Assembly (NCBI GenBank): GCA_002633005.1
Contig: NMRA01000115.1
Span: 73,996-137,995 of the forward strand
Origin: Phoronis australis
Taxonomy: Eukaryota; Animalia; Phoronida
Length of the DNA stretch: 64,000 bases
Direction: 5' to 3'
Shown here: one piece after another, positions 52,559 through 63,249 of the stretch
How positions within the stretch are numbered: the stretch's first letter is position 1
How the letters are laid out: every line of letters starts with the position of its first letter
The notes under the pieces: model-generated
Database searches by the model: none
Told to the model about the DNA's origin: nothing
What the model saw: the letters and a program-made list of their open reading frames with translations, nothing else
Position numbers and translations under genes: made by a program

Positions 52559-52769
52559 GTTTCAATATAAGAACATAGTATATCACCGGGTTTATCTACA
52601 TGTATACAAATGGGACAGCCAAGTACCACACACAAAAGCTTTTCACAATTTCCACTACACTAAACACTCTGGCATTGCCATCTGTACCACGATCAAAAAT
52701 TTGATCTAAAACATTGGTAGTGACTGTTAAATATGTGGCGGAAAGAAATTCCAGTGCTGTCCATTGACA

Positions 52770-53608
52770 AAGCACCAAGTCTGAATTTATCTGTGCCACG
52801 GCATCCTCCTTGGACACATCTGGAGCACCAGCAGTCGGCATTGGAGGGGCATCAATTTCTAAGAGAATTTCCAGATCTCCAGCTTCTCTTTTGTTCCGCA
52901 CTAAGTGGAAGGTGTTCTCCTTTCATTTACATACTCTGAAAAGCACAACAGCGGCAATTCAAAAGTAAAAAAAAGACATTTTGAATCCAGAGTTGTCCAT
53001 GATTAAAGTAAAACACAATGATATCTAATTGCAAGTTTTCGCTTTCTTTTATAACAAAACTAGATTTTAATCCTGTTTTTTTTTTAAACAGACTACTTTA
53101 GTAATCAAAACCTTGGAATTGAGTTACCGTCCCGTTTTACTTTATTCATAGTCTGCATTCTTTTCAAAATAAATGCATCTTTTGAGATCAGCTTTATTTG
53201 TTGTGGCTTTTAGTTTTACTGATCCATTGATAACTAAATCTTTCACGGAAAAACAACTGATTTTAAACACTTGAGAAGTACGGTGATTGTGAAAAAAGAT
53301 TGTTATTGTTCAGGCACTGCGAAAGCGAATTATTAGACATTAAAATTCTCAAGGTAACTTACCTTTTTATAAGACCAACTTCAACCTTCATGATGTGTTT
53401 GTCGTCAAAGCAGCCGTGCTCAAAATGGTCGGAGCATATTTCGGCTCCGACAGATGGCTGACTCGACAGTCATTTTCAAAAGACGAGCAGAGCACACGAA
53501 AACCTGCCATTACGCAGCCAGATGCTTGTCTTTTTAGAATTTAAATGGGCTCATGCCTTCGACCTGGGTGGTGTTAAAATAGTTAGCACACACACGCCGA
53601 TGCACCAT
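52770..53608 (-). pseudogene. Kolobok transposase remnant: THAP exon (53608-53363) and C-terminal exon (52935 to about 52770); catalytic DDE region deleted
   Basis: MVHRRVCANYFNTTQVEGMSPFKF*KDKHLAA*WQVFV..SQPSVGAEICSDHFEHGCF.. ends at AG|GTAAGT. After TTTTCAG comes EYVNE..DAPPMPTAGAPDVSKEDAVAQ, resembling the Kolobok C-terminal P.P+....K+++V pattern. Confidence 0.7.
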
Positions 53609-55376
53609 GGCTAAAACGCGCCAAGGTTGAACGGTCTTTGTTCTTCGTGTACTGTGATATAATAGCAGTGAACTGCATTGTGGAATATGATCTGGTTTGT
53701 GTTCCCCAACACCATGTCACGGTGTCAAAGGTCAACTTTTCGCGCATTTTCTTATTTTCGCTTTTTATATAACTAAAGATACAATAATACGATGATTTGA
53801 ATAAAATACATCCAAATAGCAATACCTTGAAGATATTGCAATTTAACATACTTGGACCTTGCAAATTACACTTTAAAGTAAAACATCTGTGATTTTTAGC
53901 TTTAAACACACTTTTAATCGAGTTAACAATTACTCCCTCATCGGGACTCATAATGCACCGGAAGAGGTCAATTAGTGGAAATGTCATGAAAATATTAATA
54001 TGTAATTTCTCCTATAATTTTAAAGAATTCCTTTTCATATTGCTAAACGGGTTGCTGTCAGTAACTTCACCTTCCCATAATAATTACCGTAATACGCACG
54101 CGCAGAGTCCATTATTGTCAAGCCGTGACAATAATCTTTCTAGTTTCCCGATTATTCTTCTTATCAACTGCTCTTCACTGCCACGAAATGCCATAGATGT
54201 CACAACAAATTATCGGTACTGGTTTCATTTCGGTACCAGTTCTCCACATTTAACCACCAAACCGAATTTTAGAATAAACTTTGCTGCTACGAAGTTGTAT
54301 CGCCCAACACTACTGACGTCACTGACTACTTATAAAACATGTATTTTAGATATAAAAATAGTCACGTTGGCACCATAGTTGGCCTTTAAGCTCAAATTTA
54401 CTGAGTCGATTTGCCGCAGCTGCGAAAACTGAAGCGCGCTGATAATTGAATGTCGTGAGTCTTTAAAATCTTAAGGTTTTTGCTCAGTTATTGATGAAAG
54501 CATAGGGTATAGGCAACTTGTCTTGTTCAACTGAATACAACCTATACATGCCTTAACTATGATGTCCGTTATTTCAACATTTACTTGCAAGATTTTCTCA
54601 GTAGACTGCCTCGACAGTTTTCAGCAGGTCGTTGGTCTTATGAGTTTTGGTCTTATTTGGATTTTTTCTTAACTGTCCCAATGAAGCCAGCTGTCGATCG
54701 ATCATCTTATTGCTGTAGTAGTTGTTGATCCAGCATCGCTGTTGCGTTGCCCTTGTCGGCTTGGACGAAAATTCATCTTTTGATAGCGTTACTTTTTTGT
54801 TAATTCCTGTTCAGGTTAGGACTTAATTGGATAGCCTTTAGTTAGTTTTTCTCTCTGCCGTACACTTAACATGCTCATGGTGGTTTGGCAGCAGTATTTA
54901 CAAAGCCACAGCTACAACACCCGGCGTTAATGGAACCCGTCTTAGTCTGATGACAGTTTAGATCTTTAGAAAGAAGTCCACATTCAACTCTCGTCAGTCT
55001 CTGCTGGTCAGGAAAACGCCTTGCATACTACGGGAGGAGAGCTTTTCCTTGAGCGTAGCGTTCTTCTTTCAACTTCTGGAATTTGTGCGTGTGATGCTGT
55101 TTGACCTGTCGAACTTTTTATATTGAGCGGTTTACTGCTGTTTCGGCTGTCGCTGAGGTCTTCAGCCCTTGGAGGCCGGCTTGTTCAGTTGTCTTGATGA
55201 CTGCACAGACAACATGCCTTCTTGTCTGTGCAGTGATCCGTTCTGGTGTCTGTGCTAGTCAATTTTCTCTCGTTGACTTAACTGAGGAATTTTGACTTTT
55301 AGACCTCTAGGGATGACTTTGTTGTTTATACATCTGTTATGAGCATGTGTGTATATTTATACAAGTATTACGTGTA

Positions 55377-55461
55377 ATGCCTACTCATGTGTCATTGGTT
55401 GACAGTCCGTTGACTACCAGCGACACGTTTTGGACGAAGCACAAAAACTGGCACTCTTTTG
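55377..55461 (+). CDS. MCOLN: Candidate first coding exon of the mucolipin gene
   Basis: ATG-started open frame MPTHVSLVDSPLTTSDTFWTKHKNWHSF ending G|GTAAGT. Phase 1 matches the acceptor at 56559 (G+AT = Asp). No homology support. Confidence 0.45.
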
Positions 55462-56558
55462 GTAAGTGAGACAATAATGTTCATTACAAAGGTCAAGGTT
55501 GATTTCATGTCTCCTGACAGGAAGGACAGAGTTCATGAATACTCCAAGCTTACATGTCGCTAGCATGCGAAGAAGTCCCGTGCTGGGACACAGGATGAGA
55601 GGAGAGTCATATCATGACATGAATTCTGAAACTGGTCTGTCAATTATGCTTCCAAGGTCACTTATTTCTCTTATTTTATTTGTAAGATTGAATTCAAGGC
55701 GTCCATCTGAGTTGCCGTTGTTGTCTCGGAATCGGAGTGATGTCGTGATCTCGACAGTTTCAACTTCCTTGTTTACACCCGTTTTGTTTCCAGTAAACGT
55801 GTGTGTTATCAAAGTTTCAAAAGTCGTGATGCAAATAAAATTATTTACACTGGCATTTTGTACTTGTATATAAATTCTATGGCATTTATGTAAAAGCTGT
55901 TATTATCACGGGTGACGCAGCGCTGAAATAAGTGGAGGGTATGGCCCCCCAGCACCCTACCCTATAAGGGGCCGCCTATGTGACCATGGGCAGAGCAGTA
56001 ATGAAATAAGTGGGAGGGCTTTAGGCCCCCAGTCCCCTATGGTGCGCCACCCATGATTGCTCATGTTTTACTGGACTTACGTGCTGTGTCACACTAGTGA
56101 TCAGGCATAGGTACTCTGATACTACTGTAGTGGCGTAGTGGCGTAATACTCATCGGTCTCAGACCCCGATACTGTAATATTCTGATATTACGAAGTCAGA
56201 ATATAAGCCGTGCTGTGTCAAATACTTTATTGGAACTAACCAAACTACAAACAATAACACTTATATAGAGGATTGGTCAAGCTATAAACATTACCGAAAT
56301 AAGGTGTCGGATATTGCCAATAAACAAGGATACTCTCAGAAAATATGAAGTCAGATGCACTAATCATTCCAAGAATATGTCGTCACTTCCTATGGTCTGC
56401 ACTCAGTCCATATGGATCATACCAGGACACTAGAGATACTGATGCAATGCTCTTGAAATTTTAATTTTGAAGTTCAATATCTTATGTTAAAATGATGGTT
56501 TAATTCTTTTCAATGTCATCAATACAGAAAAAGTTTGTTTTGTGTGAACTACTTACAG

Positions 56559-56773
56559 ATGTTCGTCAGCCTCCTCCGAACTCGAGCACCCCTCTGATTC
56601 GTGTGGGTTCCTCATGTAGCACTAACTCATACTACACACCAGGCATGGAGGATCGCATGCGGCGCAAGTTGCGCTTTATGTTCATGACGCCCTGTGAGAA
56701 ATGGCACGCCAGGAAACGATTTCCATGGAAACTGTGCCTTCAAATTCTGAAAATTGTTGTTGTGACTGTTCAG
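56559..56773 (+). CDS. MCOLN: Mucolipin (TRPML) exon: N-terminal polybasic region and TM1
   Basis: TACAG|AT..CAG|GTTGG. EDRMRRKLRFMFMTPCEKWHARKRFPWKLCLQILKIVVVTVQ matches the TRPML pattern LRR+L++FFM.PC+K..A+.R.PWKL.LQ++KI++VT+Q. Confidence 0.93.
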
Positions 56774-56870
56774 GTTGGTTCTTATTGCTCAGTTATGAAA
56801 AGCACTGTTTTATTATTACGAGTTCAACAGCATCATTTGATTTGTTCTGTTCTCCGTTGCTTTTTCGTGT

Positions 56871-58556
56871 TTTTATGCGCCCACATATTTATATGTGGAC
56901 GCATTATGCGGTCATCTCCGTCCGTTCGTCTGGGCGGCGTCCGCCTGGCGTCCGGCGTCCGCTGCTTTATCTCCAAAACCCTTTGACATACGTTCATGAA
57001 ATTTGTCACATGTTCCATTCATGAATGGGACGGCATGTGCGAACTTTCGGACGGATCCGACTACCGGTGTGCCCCCTAGTAGCAATTTTAGTTTTTTTAC
57101 GCTTACCTTTGTATCTTCAAAAGTCCGGAATGGATTTTCATGAAATTTGGTATGTAGGCACCTATTTCTGAGATGACGCTATCCTCCCGTTTTCAGATGG
57201 ATTCGACATAGTTTGTGCCACCTAGTGGCCATTTTTAGTGTTCGTCCACCCCTCTATGAACCAAACCGCTCAAAGGATGATTGTGAAAATTGGCATGTAT
57301 ATGCTTACTATGTAGAGGACGGTTGACGGTGATTTTCCGACGATTTCGACTACTGTGGCGCCTCCTAGTGGCAGTTTTGTTTTTTTGCGCCTATGCCTGT
57401 ATCTCCTAAACCGTTCGCAGGATCTTTACGAAATTTCGTAATTATATTTATATGATGTTAACAACAGAAGATGCTGACTTTTGGACGGATCCGTCTACCA
57501 GTGTGCCCCCTAGTGGCAATTTTATTTTTTTACGCTTACCTTTGTTTCTTCAAAAGTCCTTAACGGATCTTCATGAAATTTAGTATGTAGGCACCTATTA
57601 GTGAGATGACGCTATCAACCTGTTTTCCGATGGATTCAATGTAGCTTGCGCCACCTAGTGGCCATTTTTACTGTTTTCGAGTCTGTATTTTTGTGTCCAC
57701 CCCTCTATCAACCAAACCGCTCAAAGGATGATTGTGAAAATTGGCATGTATGTGCTTGCTATAAAGGGGACAGCTGACAATGATTTTCCGACGATTTGGA
57801 CTACTGTGGCACCTCCTAGTGGCAGTTTTGTTTTTTTTGCGCCTATGACTGTATCTCCTAAACCGTTCGTAGGATCTTTACGAAATTTTATAAGTGTATT
57901 TATATGAAGTTAACAACAGACGATGATGACTTTTGGACGGATCCGACTACCAGTGTGCCCCCTAGTGGCAATTTTATTTTTTTACGTTTACCTCTGTATC
58001 TTCACAAGTCCTTAACTGATTTTCATGAAATTTGGTAAGTTGGCACCTATTAGTGTGATGACGCTATCCTCCCGTTTTCGGATGGATTCGACCTAGTTTG
58101 CGACACCAAGTGGCCATTTTTACTGTTTTTGAGTCTGTTTTTTGGTGTCCACCCCTCTATCAACCAAACCGCTCTAAGTATGATTGTGAAAATTGGCATG
58201 TATGTTCTTACTATGAAGAGGACCGTTGACGCTGAATTTCCCATGACTTTGATTACTGTGGCGCCTCCTAGTGGCAGTTATTTTTTTGCGCCCATGGCTG
58301 TATGTCCCAAACCATTTGCAGGATCTTTACTAAATATAGAAAGTGTATTTATGTGATGTTGACAACGGGCGATGATGACTTTAGGATGATTCTGACTACC
58401 GGTATGCCCCTAGTGGCAATTTTAGTATTTTCTATTTAATAAGCAATGACATGTTCCCATCTAGTGGCCATTTTTATGACAGAAATAAACAACCCTAAAG
58501 GCACGCCATTTGCGATGCATTTGTGGGCGCATTTCAACGCCTAGCGTTGCTCTTGT
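56871..58556 (+). mobile_element. Helentron-type HINE in a mucolipin intron, with about 3.3 internal tandem units of about 435-450 bp
   Basis: 5' TTTT-ATGCGCCCACATAT-TT-ATATGTGGACGCAT hairpin, (CGTC)n-like microsatellite, units marked by GGATCCGACTACC at about 57053, 57487, 57939 and 58389, 3' subTIR TGTGGGCGCAT plus hairpin CAACGC-CTA-GCGTTG, then CTCTTG-TTT. Confidence 0.85.
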
Positions 58557-58769
58557 TTAGAATGTTGTGGGTGTTTGACTTTTTAATTTAATTTCTTTAA
58601 AAACTAACTAGATTAATATTTTCAACCCATGGATATCTGGAGAAACTCTCCATTTCAAATCCAATTAAACAATGGAGCTATTACTGTAACATGGAAACTA
58701 AGTTCGTAACATTTTTCACTACTATGGGTGACCCGTGGCTACTGGTTTTCTGTTGGCATTCTTTTCCAG

Positions 58770-58961
58770 CTCGCCCTGTTTGGTTATGACAGGTCAGCCC
58801 ACATCACGTTCTTAGAAAGGAACAATATAGCATTTAAGCACCTCTACTTGAAAGGATGGGACTCTTCATATGAGACTATGCCATACCCACCTGCTGTTGG
58901 ACAGTTTGCTTTGTATGAAGTGCCAGATTTGTATAACAGGATCGACTATGCTATGGCCAGG
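58770..58961 (+). CDS. MCOLN: Mucolipin exon: end of TM1 and start of the extracytosolic/luminal domain
   Basis: TTCCAG|CTC..AGG|GTATGC, 192 nt, phase 0/0. LALFGYDRSAHITFLERNNIAFKHLYLKGW..YEVPDLYNRIDYA matches L.LFG......F.E.N..AF+HLFL..+. Confidence 0.93.
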
Positions 58962-61900
58962 GTATGCTAAACATTGACAACATATCATAAATGTCTTTGA
59001 TGTGATGGTGAACTCGCTGTTTCAGTCCTTTCACCTACCCTTGATTCACCATTAGGTGAGCCCTCTGAATCTATGTTACTGTATACATCCCCTTCAAACA
59101 AGGTAAGGATTGATTTGGAGAAATCTTTCAAATTTCTCCAATGCCGGGTGGTCAGCTGGACTTGTCTGGTTCTATCCACATTCCAGCCCCACTAGGGTCC
59201 TTGTCATAAGAAGGGAGACTGTTCACTAGGTTAGAAGGGAGACAGTGTAATTACAGAACTGTGATTCCTTATCAGGTCATACATGTTTTTGAGTGGACGG
59301 TTTGACAGCATCCAGGTTGTTCTTTCAATTTTGTTTTTGAAAACCTTCTAATCTGAATGGAGGTTAGACTATGTCTGTTTTTAAATTTTCAAAATTGGTG
59401 GAATAATTGCAACTAAGTCAATAAAAATTCCAGCCTTGATATTTTCATTGGAAAGTAGTTTCCAGCATGGGTTACGAACTAATTTTACGGATCACTAACT
59501 CACTAGAGAACCTGGGTCTACAGTATTGATGATATAACCAGCTGTGATGACAGATTCTTGTTCAGGACATGATAATTCTCACCTTCCGCATTGATCGCTC
59601 CCCAATGCTGTGAGGTACAGAATGACGCCACACCTCCAGACTCGCTGGTTTTCTGAGTTTAGAGATCACACACAGGTATCATTCAGTAGCACCTGCTTTA
59701 TCATTGGTTGATGTAACCTTGGCAGTCATTGGTTAGCTTTACAACAAAAAGAGAAAATGGTGGACTATGAATGATGTTTAGCTTTGTCATGAAAGTGGTG
59801 TTGCAGCAACTATTTGGTTTCTGCAGTAATGTTCAATAGTCGTGTGCTTGAAGCACATACATGTACATGTACAATAAACACACATCTGGCCAATTTTTCC
59901 AGTGTGTTATTCATACTTTATGAATACAGGACAGCAACGTAAACAAAAGTCAGCGACAGTAGAAATATGAACTCCAAAAAGGAGCAACCACAATTTTCTG
60001 GGATTCACATTTTTCTTGAATTTGAATTAAGCACTGATTTGTCTGTATTACAGACCACGTTCACTCTTCCTCCATCAGTCATGCCAGTTTGTTTGTGTAA
60101 GGCGCTACCTGTTGAGAATTCGACCAGCCAGTTAGAAACACTGGTGTAAACAAATTTCAGGAGGAAAATTAAATGATACCTGCGTTCTCTACCACCTAGC
60201 GAAATGCAGGGAACCAGCGAGAGACCTTCAGATACAGCAGCCAGCTCAGCAGCCTCACTTTCACTCCTATGGAGATTCACATGTTAGCGTCTGTCGTCTC
60301 TGACTACTTTTATTTTATATAATGATATTTAAGTCATGCTGGGAAGGTATTACTGCTGTGCTGTTGGCTGCAGTGCCGATTCAAAGATGTGGATAAATAT
60401 CTATGGATGCGGAATGTCGGGTTTTACCCCTTCGCGACAGTTCTGACTGACAAAACACGTTGAAGCTTGTAGTGCGCACAGCTCCGCCCTTTTACAATCA
60501 ATATAATCTTACCACACGGCCGGGAAGAGTGGGAGTGCGGAATATGAGAATTACTCCACTGCGATGTCAGTAACTGCATATGTGTTCCCAGTGGTATTCA
60601 ACAATTTTCTAAAAATTACCATTTTGGTAAACGTGCAGCTGTGCAAGTTGTTTGGAGATCTCTTCATTGTACAAACTGATAGAATGTTAAAGGGGCTGAG
60701 GAAAGTTTTGTTGTCATGGGCCCATATTCTACAGGTTTTCTTGTCCTGGGACGTCATTTTATACAGTTAGCTTGGTATCTACCAGTAATGGACTGTCAGT
60801 TCTTCGCAAACTTAGAGATCACTTCTCATTTGAGTAAGGAACGAATTGAGATCAATTTTATGGCGGCAAGTGTTCTAAATCAAAAATTGCTTCCGAGACG
60901 GAACACAAGTTAATAGCCGCTTTAACTGATTGTACGAAGCAATAGAAAAATTGTGGCATTTTGATAGAAAATGAAAGCACAATTAGATAGCGACACCTGT
61001 TGGCGATGAAAAAACAAGGACTGAAGATTGACAATTGTAGTAACAAAAATTATTAAAAGGACAATGAAGTTCAAAACTCAGATTTTGCTAATTGATAGGT
61101 TCCAACTCTGACTTGTTCATTGAAATCTTTAAACTCCATGAAGTTATTTAAGATGTAAAATGTAAATAACCCAGTGCACATAAATTTGTAGCGAGTTTGA
61201 AAATTCATTTACAAAATCTGCCATAGTATGACCAAAGCTTTAGGTGAGTTACCCAATGACAGCGGGGAAAAACCACGTACTTCAAAACGCAAAATCCAAT
61301 TTGTGATGTTTTGGAAAGAGTTGTATTTAAATAATGCTTTTATCTTGCGGGAAAGGTATCGGTGGTGCGTCAACCGGCAACAGACCCAGCTTGTATAGAA
61401 GTTTCCAATACAGGGTCAACTGTGAACCAACTACATCTTAAGTGCCGATAAGAAACAGGCACTAAAAGATCATCCATTGGTAGAAATGAATCTCAACTCG
61501 AGGATTGTAATTTGCAGACGAGAAAAAAGTAAAGCACTTCTTGTGGTCTTGGCTAGGTTCAAGACAGTGTATCAAAGGACTCTGGAGTTAATGTGCTGAA
61601 AAGAGAGAAATTTATGAATAAAACTCTATTTTGTGTCAGACTCAGATTTTATCAAAAACAACAAACATTGCAAGTAGATAAAATATTTGACCTCTTTCGT
61701 ATAAACAAGGCATTAGCACAAATCAACAAAATTCTTCAAATTGGAGTTCCTTACGTGTTGGATTTTTTTCCCAATTATTATGTACTTTATCAGGAAGAAA
61801 AACCTTTAACTTTGTGTATTGGTGATATTTTTGGCTAACATCTGTGTGAAGCTAGAATTTCCAAATATTTCCTAGTACATGTTATGTAGCAATCTATTAA

Positions 61901-62014
61901 AGCGCTTTATTTGTCTGCTAGTTGATTAAGTTTCAACGGATAGCCAGTTTCACAGTCACCTTCCTGTCAATATCACTACCACTGCCCTTGTGACTTGTTG
62001 AGTGCTTATTTCAG

Positions 62015-62168
62015 TATAACACAACACAGGAAATTGCCATTGGCTCATACAACTTTGGCAATCTTAACGACAGCAAGCCTGACATGAAGATGTGTGTTGC
62101 CTACTTCAAGGAGGGCGAGATTAAAGCCTTTAAGCAGACGTACAAGTTCGACTCCTGCATGCTTGAAG
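62015..62168 (+). CDS. MCOLN: Mucolipin exon: luminal domain
   Basis: TTTCAG|TAT..GAAG|GTGAAT, 154 nt, phase 0/1. YNTTQEIAIGSYNFGN..MKMCVAYFKEGEIKAFKQTYKFD matches Y......+G.Y.Y...+C...Y..G.+......+..D. Confidence 0.88.
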
Positions 62169-62344
62169 GTGAATTAAGTGACTAAGAAATTTAAAATTTG
62201 TGTTTGGACCACAGGCACACAAATTTCCCAATGACTCATAGCCATCACAGTGAGTGTTGGTTGGATTGGTGTAAACATGGAATTAGTTTCAAGGGCCTCT
62301 GGTTTAGTAAGTCACTGTTTTCTTCCTGGAAAACCGATCGTTAC

Positions 62345-62552
62345 AGGAGAGTGCCACTCGATTTAATTAATTTTTGTTACTGTCTTAATTTGTCTAATAT
62401 ATCCGCATCACCTGGTATACAATCGATCTCACCTCACTGAGAGGTGTCGCGTTAAGTGAGGTGAGTACACGACTCAGCGACGTTAGTGTTTCTTCAGGTG
62501 AGTGTGTGCGACTATAGTGTGTCGTATCGTTCTGCTTGTGCGAACCATTAAG
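62345..62552 (-). mobile_element. Terminal fragment of the 3246-4902 Kolobok family in a mucolipin intron
   Basis: TTAC|AGGAGAGTGCCACTCGATTTAATT.., aligning with the 4990-5205 fragment and the reverse complement of 11040-11223. Confidence 0.7.
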
Positions 62553-62928
62553 TCTGGCCACGATGGGCCTGATCGGGTTCCAAGCCACTGGGTTATGACG
62601 ATCATTTTGTGTTCAGAACAGATGAAATTCGCAAGTCTAGAATTACAACACATGGTTATGCTTTCTCGTCTGTATTTCATGAAAGAATAATTCTAATTTG
62701 TCACCGATCAGACTCCAAATTTCCCACGACCGACCTCGGTAAGTTGGCTTACCGAACTTTGTAAGCTACGTTGCGCTCAAAATTTCAACATCCAGGCAGT
62801 GCATCAGCACAGTGTTGAGCACAAAGTGCTGATGCACTAGTGCATCAGCATTTTGAGCTGTTCTATGTCCAGTTATTTGATTTTTTTACATCAACACTCC
62901 TAAATTGCAATTTTCAATGTTGTTGCAG

Positions 62929-63025
62929 ATTGTTTTGACATTCGCACAGTCACAAATTCTTCAGGGGAGTTCTATGACATTGAAAAATTTCTGCAGGAGA
63001 CCAATAGGACGATAAATTTTGATGG
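62929..63025 (+). CDS. MCOLN: Mucolipin exon: luminal domain (gene continues beyond the window)
   Basis: TTGCAG|AT..GG|GTATGT, phase 1/2. (D)CFDIRTVTNSSGEFYDIEKFLQETNRTINFDG includes the second luminal Cys and an N.T+.F motif. Confidence 0.85.
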
Positions 63026-63249
63026 GTATGTATATCGTGGATTTTTTTCTCTCCCAAATATGATAAAAAGTGATATGGGAAAACTGCATTACTTAATCAT
63101 CTTTCTTTCTCGATGCATCCTTGAAATTAACTTTAGTTAAATTTGTACCTGACTGTTATGGTTCACCACCGAAGTCTAAAGATCCAAGTGTTGCAAGGAT
63201 TTTTTAATTAGTGAAATTGGCACTGAATTAAATCACATTTGTTTGGCGA

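Larger units (their letters stand above)
49163..53872. mobile_element. Kolobok-superfamily DNA transposon, internally deleted (4.71 kb)
   Basis: TTAA|AGAGGAAATTGCAAGGTCCAA ... TTGGACCTTGCAAATTACACT|TTAA (18/21 TIR, TTAA TSD). Removing it rejoins a satellite unit of the host HINE. Contains convergent THAP-transposase and KolX-like remnants. Confidence 0.88.
47405..54143 (+). mobile_element. Helentron-type HINE with multiplied 5' ends, a (TTCTTA)n microsatellite and an internal satellite, split by the Kolobok insertion
   Basis: 5' subTIR/hairpin ACTCTGCGCGTG-CAA-GCGCAGAGT repeated about 4 times (47410-47630); satellite units AGGTCATTTAGTGCAAA from 47810 to 49160, resuming at 53877; 3' subTIR CACGCGCAGAGT (54097-54108), hairpin ATTATTGTCA-AGCCG-TGACAATAAT (54111-54135), then CTAG-TTT. 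Confidence 0.8.

Noticed and set aside
56513-56986. 157-aa ORF as a complete protein
   Set aside because: It is one mucolipin exon (56559-56773) read through into intron and HINE sequence.
57045-58470. Regularly spaced CCTAGTGGC repeats as a CRISPR array
   Set aside because: The spacers are themselves repeated in ~450-bp units, the context is a eukaryotic intron within HINE ends, and there are no cas genes.
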